Shown: positions 45,401-54,100 of the stretch, one piece after another
How positions within the stretch are numbered: position 1 is the first letter of the stretch
Layout: each line of letters opens with the position of its first letter
NCBI GenBank assembly: GCA_963833305.1
Contig: CAWHXN010000008.1
Coordinates: forward strand, 171,572-235,571
DNA from: an uncultured Acidobacteriaceae bacterium
GTDB lineage: Bacteria; Acidobacteriota; Terriglobia; Terriglobales; Acidobacteriaceae
Length of the DNA: 64,000 nucleotides
Direction: 5' to 3'
Made by a program: the position numbers and the translations under genes
Notes under the pieces: generated by a model
Told to the model about the DNA's origin: nothing
The model's input: the letters and a program-made list of their open reading frames with translations, nothing else
Database searches by the model: none

Positions 45401-48113
45401 TCTCCGAGTAGACAATTCTTCGCGCCTGTTCAAACAAGGGCTGATCGAAGCAGCGATAACGCACTTCACGAGCCAGGTCGCTCACCGTAGGCGAGCTTCC
45501 GCGCGTAATAGGGATCAGCAGATCGAGCAGGGTGCGGAAAGATTCGTCGGCATCCGGGATCAGTGCTTCGCCGCGAGGTAGTCGGCGTTGCAGCACGCCC
45601 AGAATCGGCGTGATCTGCCGCTCCACTCGTTGATGCGACTTGTAAATCCACAGCAAAGTCTCTTCCAGGACGGGAGAAGGATCCAGCGTCTTGATGCCAT
45701 AGTGGGCAAGCGCACGGCGCAATGCGTCGACAAATGCCGGCGGAAGCCCCTCGCCCTGCGTCTGGATCATGCGCAAATAGGTAAACAAGTAGGCTTCCGA
45801 ACTGGGCGCTTCGCCGCCTGAAGGATCGTTGATTCCAGGTTTGCGGCGGAACAGAGAACATATGTCCACGAAGATGTTGAGGATCTCGTCTTCCTGACGC
45901 CGCAACTCTTCGGTATCTGAGGCGAGTTCACGGAACTGGCCCCACTGCGCAAACACTCGCGCCGTACGGACGGGATCAACGTCAAAGCCCAGCATCAACT
46001 GCCGCAACTCGTCCAGGTTCTGTCTCCAGGCCGATTGACTGGTGCTGTCTTCGCTCGAGGTCAGCGATGTACTGAAGACCACCCTTTCCATCGCTTCCGT
46101 CGTTTGTTCATCCGCCGTCGGTTCGATTTGCAGCAGCGGAGCGCCGATGTCGACCTGAACATTGGGGATGGTCATGATCTGCCGCACTTTGCCGGCGAAG
46201 GGAGCCACCACCTGCGTCTCCATCTTCATGGCTTCCAGCACTAGCAGCCGATCGCCGGCCGCAACCGTGTCGCCCGGCTTGACGGCAATCGAGACCACCA
46301 CCGCCGGAGCCGGCGCGTGAATCACGCCGCCATCGTCGCGTTCGATGCGATGCGAAACGCCGTCAACCTCAATGCGGTAACTCAGCCCCTGCACCACCGA
46401 AACTACGTGCGAGCGCTGACCAAACGTCGTGAGCCAATACTCAAATGGTCCGAGATGATGAAGATGAGCATCGATGCGCGAGCCGTCCACCTCAATGCGA
46501 TAGCGCTCGCGTCCCAGGCAATAGGTCTTCATTGCGTAAGACTGGCCGCGGTAACGCAGCTTCACCGTGCGACCTGCCTCACTTCTTACATGCGGGCGTC
46601 CGCGCACGGCTGAGGTGTAGAACCGAGCCTGCTCCACCGCCAGGTCGGCGCAGTAAACTTCAATCGCCGCCTGCACTAGCGCCACATCGGCGAAACGCCG
46701 CGAGAGATGTTCTCCGTTTGCGGCCAGCCGATCCAGCCATTCGACATCGACTTGACCATGCTGCACCTCGGGGCGGTTTAACAGCTCCAGCAGGAACGCT
46801 TTGTTCGTCGCTCCGCCCTTAATCACTACAACGCTCTCGCGCAGGACGCGTTGCAGCCGCGACAACGCTTCTTTGCGGCTCTGCCCAAACGCAATGATCT
46901 TGGCTACCATGGAGTCGAACTCCGGCGGCACCGAATCTCCCACCGACACTCCCGTATCAATGCGTATGCCGGGGCCGGTGGCAATCATGAAGCGCTCAAT
47001 GGCGCCCGGCCCGGGAGCAAACCCATTCTCCGGATCTTCGGCATTCAGCCGCACTTCGATAGCGTGGCCGATGGTGCGAGGCTGTGCTGCCTCCAGGCGG
47101 CCGCCGCGCGCGATGTGAATTTGCAGTTTGACCAGGTCCAGCCGCGTCGTACATTCCGTCACCGGATGTTCCACCTGCAAGCGGGTATTCATTTCCATGA
47201 ACACAAAACGCTGGCTGGCCGGCTGATACAGAAACTCGACCGTGCCCGCATTGTGATAGCCCGCTGCCTGGCTCAGGCGTACGGCCGCTTCCCGCAATAA
47301 CTGGTCCACTTCCAGCGAGAGCCCGGGCGATGGCGCTTCTTCCATCACTTTCTGATGACGCCGCTGCACCGTGCAATCACGAACTCCCGCGGCCCATGTC
47401 ATGCCGTAGTGATCGGCGATCACCTGCACCTCGACGTGCCGTGCGCCGCCGTCGATTAACTTCTCCATGAATACGGTCGCGTCACCGAACGCTTTCGCTG
47501 CCTCGGCGCGGGCGCCCGCAAACGCGTTCGCCAGTTCATCGTCAGCATTTACCCGGCGGATGCCATGACCTCCGCCTCCCGCCGTCGCTTTGATCAGCAA
47601 CGGGTAGCCTAGCCGCTCGGCATGCTGTTGAGCGTCCTCTAGCGTGTCGACCGGCCCACCGCTCCAGGGAGCAATCGGAATGTGGGTCTGCTCAGCTAAA
47701 CGCTTGGACGAAATCTTGTCGCCCAGCAGCCGCATCACCTCCGGGTCAGGGCCAATGAACACGATGCCCATCTCGCGGCACAGTTCCGCAAAATCCGCGT
47801 GCTCGGCCACAAAGCCCCATCCCACCCATACGGCTTCGGCGCGTACCGCCGTCAGGGCCCCTCTGAGGCCTTCGTAATTCACATAGCTGCTCTTGGGCTG
47901 ATGAGTTTTGGGGTCCAGGAACGTGCTGGCGCCCAGGCACCAGGCCTCGTCGGCTTCGCGCACAAACATGGCATTGCGATCAGGTTCGGTGAAGAGTGCG
48001 ATGGTGCGTAACGAAGTACCGTGTTCGTGATTGAACTCGCGTGCCGCGTGGATGAAGCGCATCGCAGCTTCACCGCGATTGACGATCACCACGCGCTGAA
48101 ATTCGGATTGCAT
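42492..48113 (-). CDS. single-chain multidomain biotin-dependent acyl-CoA carboxylase (BC - BT/BCCP - central region - CT)
   Basis: Intact 1,873-aa ORF. Biotin carboxylase ATP-grasp ('VIVNRGEAAMRFIHAARE', 'MEMNTRLQVEHPVTE'). Biotinyl domain 'LVLEAMKMETQVVAPFAGKV' (Lys codon 46224-46226). C-terminal two-lobed carboxyltransferase ('LVVNGINVGAQPYWNSEATM', 'ILANLSGFDGSPESLR', 'GGAYVVFS'). Confidence 0.9.
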   Translation of the reverse strand: MQSEFQRVVIVNRGEAAMRFIHAAREFNHEHGTSLRTIALFTEPDRNAMFVREADEAWCLGASTFLDPKTHQPKSSYVNYEGLRGALTAVRAEAVWVGWGFVAEHADFAELCREMGIVFIGPDPEVMRLLGDKISSKRLAEQTHIPIAPWSGGPVDTLEDAQQHAERLGYPLLIKATAGGGGHGIRRVNADDELANAFAGARAEAAKAFGDATVFMEKLIDGGARHVEVQVIADHYGMTWAAGVRDCTVQRRHQKVMEEAPSPGLSLEVDQLLREAAVRLSQAAGYHNAGTVEFLYQPASQRFVFMEMNTRLQVEHPVTECTTRLDLVKLQIHIARGGRLEAAQPRTIGHAIEVRLNAEDPENGFAPGPGAIERFMIATGPGIRIDTGVSVGDSVPPEFDSMVAKIIAFGQSRKEALSRLQRVLRESVVVIKGGATNKAFLLELLNRPEVQHGQVDVEWLDRLAANGEHLSRRFADVALVQAAIEVYCADLAVEQARFYTSAVRGRPHVRSEAGRTVKLRYRGQSYAMKTYCLGRERYRIEVDGSRIDAHLHHLGPFEYWLTTFGQRSHVVSVVQGLSYRIEVDGVSHRIERDDGGVIHAPAPAVVVSIAVKPGDTVAAGDRLLVLEAMKMETQVVAPFAGKVRQIMTIPNVQVDIGAPLLQIEPTADEQTTEAMERVVFSTSLTSSEDSTSQSAWRQNLDELRQLMLGFDVDPVRTARVFAQWGQFRELASDTEELRRQEDEILNIFVDICSLFRRKPGINDPSGGEAPSSEAYLFTYLRMIQTQGEGLPPAFVDALRRALAHYGIKTLDPSPVLEETLLWIYKSHQRVERQITPILGVLQRRLPRGEALIPDADESFRTLLDLLIPITRGSSPTVSDLAREVRYRCFDQPLFEQARRIVYSEMEDHLAYLAENPKAADRDDRVKALIECPQPLVGLFSSKFASANLGLRQLMLEILTRRHYRPLTLTDLCCRALDGQRYVSAEYEHEGKRIHLFTTYAEYSELAKTAQQLVPLIREVPADREVAVDFYVWHPGALSDQESAQREGQDILNQMGLPGSVRRVVLAAGSSVRAEGTSGVQHFTYVLKDGKYEEDKFYRGIHPMMANRLHLWRLQNFNIERLPSAEDVYLLHGVARENPKDERLFACAEVRDLTPVRDQGGHVVQLPHLERMFAETLAAIRQFQMKRPAHKRLYWNRILLNVWPALTIDADQLHAIACRLAPETDGLGLEQVVLRARIPHPKTGELRDMLVRVSNPGSTGLLMTVRPATQQQPLKPLAEYDQKVVKMRQHGLIYPYEIVKMLTPSLENTRSEFPTGDFFEYDLDAENHLVPVARPYGKNKANIIVGVIRNFTAKYPEGMSRVLVLGDPSKGMGALAEPECRLIIAALDLAEAKHVPLEWFPISAGAKISMDSGVENMDWISRVLRRLIEFTQAGGEVNLVVNGINVGAQPYWNSEATMLLHTRGILIMTPPAAMVLTGKRALDYSGSVSAEDNQGIGGYDRIMGPNGQAQYFARDIDEACHILFRHYDHTYIIPGERFPRRAATTDPVDRDVQTYPHGAHGTSSFVRVGDIFSDETNPGRKKPFDIRRVLSAVVDQDHSPLERWSGMRGAETVVVWDAHLGGYPVCLMGIESHPVPRLGFVPADGPDQWTAGTLFPASSKKAARALNAASNNRPVVILANLSGFDGSPESLRKLQLEYGAEIGRAVVNFKGPMVFCGISRYHGGAYVVFSQVLNENLEIIALEGTYASVIGGAPAAAVVFAGEVDARARKDERLQVLTQAMAQAAGVEKARLQARWNELFPIVHSEKLGEVADEFDRVHSIHRALKVGALHNIIPPATLRPYLIHAIERGIEKETGPQGEKSPASRAVLTLSES

Positions 48114-48157
48114 AATTCCCCCAAGAACGGAGACCTTTAGGGTTAGCTGCTAGATGG

Positions 48158-51100
48158 TTATGCCAGGACAGCCCGCATCGCTCGCAGCGGCTCGACGTCG
48201 ATACGATTGGGCAAAGCCACGGTGCGATAGCCGCTAACCTGCAGGTAGCGGTTTCCGGCGTTATCCACAACCTCCGCGTCGAAACTTTCCTGCCCTTCGT
48301 CCGGCGTGACGATGGCATAGAGAGGTCCCTCGGCCAATTGCGGTGAGCGCAACCAGCTGACCTGCTCGACATGAAGCGGCAAGCCCATCCGGTTGTGTAC
48401 CCCCATTTCCCAGAGACCGGCTGTTTGGAAGCAAAGCTCGATCAGCCGCGGCGCCATCAGGGTTGGCAGTTCAGAAGGCTGATGATTGCCGGGTAAGTTC
48501 TTTGTCAACTCACCCACCATCCTCTTTCCATCCCACCAGGCGCGCTCTACCACCTGGTACGCCGGGCCGTGAAAGTAAATGCGATAGATCTCGGCTGCGT
48601 CAATGATGGACTCCGCAGACAAACGCAGCGGCGTCAGGGGTGAGACCTCCGTCGCCCGCTTCGTCAGGCGCACGCGTGCCACGAAGTGCGTCGTCTCTTG
48701 CGGCTCAGGATGGTTCGGCAGGGTTCGCCGTCCGATCAAGCGGCAATCTGCGATCAGATCATCCCCTTGCGGATAAAAGGCAGCTTGAATCGTTATCGTC
48801 CGCGGCTCGTCTTTGTAGAACTTGAAGGGAGCCAGGAAGTTCACCTCGGCGATTGCTCCTACACGCCAGCCTGGATGCACGCAGAGTGCCGCCTCAGCAA
48901 ACGCCTCAATTCCCATTACACCCGGTAGCACCGGAGTTCCATCGATGCGATGGTCGTAGAGGAATGGCTGTGCCGTCGGATCCAGCGTCGTCTCCATGGT
49001 CAAGCCGCTGTTAATGCCCATTCCGGTGATCTTACCGACCATCGGACCTTGCGCCGCCACCCGCTCGCGTGACGCGTTCAGGGCGTCGGTGTCCAGCCCG
49101 CCGGTGGGATCCCATTCGTTCAACAGAATGCCGAGGCGATTGCCGATCACGATTTCACCGCAGGTTGCTCCCTCGGTGAGCTCGCGACGGATCAAAGGAA
49201 TACCAGCTTCAGGCGGCAGCATGTCGATCCCTGCCGCTTCCATCATCTTGGGAATCGAGCCGCGCGTGGCCATGCCGATGCCGCCCCACGCCGTCCAGTC
49301 AATGACAATGCCGCGTGTGGCCGGACGGGTGGTACGGAAGCTCGAGGTGATCTTGCACAGCAGGTCGTTGGCGGCGCTGTAATCGGTTTGACCGCCGTTA
49401 CCAAAACGACCAGCAATGGAACTGAACGCCACCGTCGCCCTCAGAGGCATGTTTCCTATGGCGTGCAGAAGGTTGAACCAGCCATCACTCTTGACGTCGA
49501 ACACCAGATCGAATTCCCGCGGATCTTTGTCAGGCAGGAAGTGGCTCCGCTCGATGCCTGCAGCGTGCAGCAACACATCGATGCGGCCGCTGCGCTGGCG
49601 CACCTGATCGATGACCTTAGTTATGGCGTCTCCGTCGGCAAGGTTGACACTGAAGTAGTGGGCCGTCCCGCCCGCCGCTCGCACGGCATCAATTGCACTC
49701 TGCGCCGCCTGCGCCCGCTCCAGTCCGGCCAGTTCCTTTTCCACCAGCGCCGGCGTGGCTCGTTCACCGCGCGCCTGTATGCGGGCAAACAGGTCGCGCT
49801 TCAGCCCGTCTTTGTCGCTGACGAATCGCTTTAGATCGGGGTTGTTCGGATCGGGCTCGGGCACCAGGTCGAGCAGGTAGAACGTGCCTCCCGAAGCCGT
49901 TGCCAAATCTGCCGTGATGGCCGACACGATGCTTCCCGCCGCACCCGTTACCACAAACACGCTATCTTCATTCAGGGTGATTCCCGCGTGACCATCGGCT
50001 GCAGGCTGTTCTTGCAGGCTGATCGTCCAACGCTCGCCAGCTCTGTATCCAATCTCAAGTGCACCGGGATCGCGCAGCGTCTCCTCGACTAAAGCTTCTG
50101 CGACTTCCGACGGCGAACGCCCAGCTTCAAAATCGACGGCTTTGACGAAAGCGTCGGTCCGCTCGCGCTTGTAAGTCTTTGTGAAGCCGACGACTCCTCC
50201 GCCCAGCGGAGCGTTGGCGCCAGTTGCATTGTATCCATGCTGACCGCCAAGCCGGGTGGCCGACACCAGGAATGTACCCGGTGCAGCAATCTGCTCGAAC
50301 AGAACCCGCATAGTGGTATAGAACAACTTCACGCGTGTACGTAACGCTTCGCGCCAGCTTGCCAGATTCATGTTGTCCAGGCTGCCTTCGTCGTCCAATC
50401 CAGGCAGCCAGTAGACACCTTGCACCGAGCCGGCAGCGAGCCAGGTGTTCAGGCGAGCGGTCAGAGTGTCCGCATCCGGCGCGCCCTCGATCAGCAACGC
50501 TTCCACACCCAACTTGCGCAGCTGTTCTGTCAAAGCAACGGCTGCGCCATTCTTGTCCGGCATGATAACCACTCGACTGCCAGCCTGCAGCTTTACGCCC
50601 GTTGGCTTGCAGATGTTGAGCGGGGGCCGCAAGTTTGGCACCGGCACGCGACGGGGAATGCGGTTGGTCGCGTCGAAGTTAAGCACCGGCTTGCGCTCCC
50701 GCTTTGGCGCCGATGGAGGCGAAGGCGGCGGGGTGGTCGGGTCGGTGCCTTGCGGCGGTTCAGGCGGGATTGGCGTGACTGCAGCTTTCGCCCGTTTCTG
50801 TTGGGCAAATTGAATCACGTGGCCCAGGGTCGGAAAATCCCGTAACTTGATACTTTCATCGCGCGGGATGTTATAAGCCGCCCGCACCGAAGCGAACATT
50901 TCTGCCTGCTTGACGGTATCGATGCCAAGATCGGCCTCCAGATCCAGGTCCAGATCCAGCATGTCTTTGGGATAGCCAGTCTTCTCCGCAACGATGTCCA
51001 TCACCTTCTGCTTGACGGTCTCATCGTCGTCGGCAGGAACCGCGCCTGGCGAAGCCACGACGGGAGTCGACGCTGAGGCAGGCACAGGCGAAGTTGTGGA

Positions 51101-54100
51101 AGGCTGACCGGCAGTTGTGGGCGCCACAGTTTCAGGCGCCGCAGATGCGGCCGCAAGGTCCGGCCGATTCTCGTACACGAAACGGATCACGTGCGCCAGC
51201 GTCGGATAGTCGCGCAGTTTGCGGTTTTCATCACGCGGGATACCGTAGATCTCGCGAATCGCCGCGAACAGTTCCGCCTGTTTGACCGTATCGACGCCGA
51301 GGTCGGCCTCGAGATCGAGATCCAGGTCGAGCATGTCTTGCGGATAACCGGTCTTCTCCACCACCAAGGCGAGCAGCCGTTCCTTGACGTCATAGACCAT
51401 AGTGGCAACAGAGTTCGCCACCGCTGACGCGGTTGCCGGCTGCGTCTCCGGTATAGGTGTGGCAGGCGCGGTCGTAGCCGGAGCAATAGCTCCCCCAGCC
51501 AGGTCAGGCCGATTCTCGTACACGAACCGGATCACGTGCGCCAAGGTTGGATAGTCGCGCAGTTTGCGGTTTTCATCACGCGGGATGCCGTAGATCTCGC
51601 GAATCGCCGCGAACAGTTCCGCCTGTTTTACGGTATCGACACCGAGGTCGGCCTCGAGATCGAGATCCAGATCCAGCATGTCTTGCGGATAGCCAGTCTT
51701 CTCCACCACTAAGGCGAGCAGCCGCTCCTTGACGTCATCAACCGACGCCCTGGCGGCGATAGCCACCGGAGCCGGTGCGGGAGGTTTTACTTCGGGCGTT
51801 GATGCGGATGCTGCGCTTGCGGCCGTTGAAGGCGTAGCCGCGGGTGACAGATCCGGCCGATTTTCGTGCACGAATCTGATCACGTGCGCCAAGGTCGGAT
51901 AGTCGCGCAGTTTGCGATTTTCATCGCGCGGGATGCCGTAGATCTCGCGAATCGCGGCGAACAGTTCTGCCTGCTTGACCGTGTCAACCCCAAGATCGGC
52001 TTCCAGATCGAGATCCAGATCCAGCATGTCTTGCGGATACCCGGTCTTCTCCACCACCAAGGCGAGCAGGCGCTCCTTGACGTCATCAACCGCAGCCTTG
52101 GCGGCGGTCGCGACGGGAGCTGGCGTGGACGGTTTTGCTTCGGGCGATGATGCGGATGCTGCGCTTGCGGCCGTTGAAGGCGTAGTCGCAGCTGACAGGT
52201 CGGGCCGATTCTCGTACACGAACCGGATCACGTGCGCCAAGGTTGGATAATCGCGCAGTTTGCGGTTCTCATCGCGCGGGATGCCGTAGATCTCACGAAT
52301 GGCCGCAAACAATTCCGCCTGCTTGACCGTGTCAACACCAAGATCGGCTTCCAGATCGAGATCAAGATCCAGCATGTCTTCCGGATAACCAGTCTTCTCC
52401 ACCACTAAGCCGAGCAGCCGCTCCTTGACGTCATCAACCGCAGCCTTGGCGGCGATAGCCACCGGAGCCGGTGCGGGAGGTTTTACTTCGGGCGTTGATG
52501 CGGGTGCTGCGCTTGCTTCAGTTGAAGACTTAGCTGTGGGCGACAGATCCGGCCGATTCTCGTACACGAATCGGATCACGTGCGCCAAGGTCGGATAGTC
52601 GCGCAGTTTGCGGTTTTCGTCGCGCGGGATGCCGTAGATCTCGCGAATCGCCGCAAACAATTCCGCCTGCTTGACCGTATCGACGCCAAGGTCTGCCTCC
52701 AGATCGAGCTCCAGATCCAGCATGTCCTGCGGATAGCCGGTCTTCTCGACGACGAGGGCGAGTAGCCGTTCCTTTACGGAATCCGACGCTTCGCTTGCTT
52801 GTTTCGTGGTCAACGGTCTTGGCTGGGGCGCGAGCGTGGCTGCTGTGATCTCACCCTTTCCGTTTGACTTGCCTTCTTTGACTGGCGTCACCGGTACCGG
52901 CATCGTCACCGCGACCGGCACGGCCGCTGCCGCTTGGGACTTCGTTGTGGGGGCAGTCGTAACAGCAACCGGCCCGGCCGACGCCACTTGGGGCTTCGGA
53001 GTCGGAGCAGGCAGCGCCACTGCAACTTGCGTTGGCGCTGGCGCCTTCGGAGTTGCCGTTGCCGGTTCGCCGCGACTCCGCCTTGGTCGCAGCAATCTGC
53101 GCTGCCAATCCCTGATCGCGCACCCGCAGCGTGCGATGAACCACTTCGAGCTCGGCAGCCGGACGTCCGGCCATCCGGCTTAGCCAGGCTTCCCAGGCAG
53201 ACTGATCGGCGATGCGGTAGGCGTAGCCCAGATTCTTCGGGCTGGGACGCAGACCAGTCTTCGTCGGCACCCAGCGCAACAGAATCATGCTGATCTGCGA
53301 ACCGAAGCCGGCGCCCAGATGCAAAGCATATTGGATGGGATAAGGAACCGCCCTTCGACAGGTTCAGCACGCCCAACTCCGGATCGACTTCCTTGAAGTT
53401 GGCAACCGGCGGCACCAATCCCGTTTCCAGGGTTTTCACCGCCAGAACATCTTCGATGCCTGTGGCCATGGCGTGACCAGTCATGCCTTTGGTATTGGCT
53501 ATTACGATTTGGTCGGCGCCGTCGCCGAAGACGCGGCGCAGCGCGTGAATCTCGGCCGAAGCGCTGCCGCCTCTTGCGGGTGTGTAAGTTTCGTGGGAAA
53601 CGAAAACCATCTTCGGCGCTATCTCATTACGGGCAACGCCGCTGCGGGTTTCCGCTCCAGCCACCAAGTCTTCCATCACCCCGCCGATATGCTGCACATC
53701 GAGGCGAGTGCCGTGAAACGCACTGTTGGCGGTCACCGCGCTCAATACTTCGCAGATAGGCTGGATGCCCCGTTCGCGCGCGGCTTCGGCGCTCTCGACT
53801 ACCAGCGCCGCTGCGCCCATGCCCATGATCAGGCCATGCCGGCGGCGATCGAAAGGAATAGCAGCTTCTTCAACCCGCTCGTCGGTCGCGGCCGCTCCGC
53901 TGGCCAGGAAGCCGGCGCCAAACCATCCGATCATGTTGTCGGAGGTGACGTCGTCCGCTGTGATGATGATGACGCGGCGGCACCGCCCCGCCCGGATCCA
54001 GTCCTGGGCCAGCCCAACCGCATGTGCGCCGCTGGCGCATGCCGCATTGATCTGCGTGTTGGGACCGCGAGCGCCGATCAACTCGGCGAACTGCGAATGT

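Noticed and set aside
50783-52783. Tandem repeat array as a CRISPR or other non-coding repeat
   Set aside because: The period is about 345 bp, the array lies entirely inside a long ORF, and the units translate to ACP-like domains. The 'spacers' are Ala/Pro linkers.
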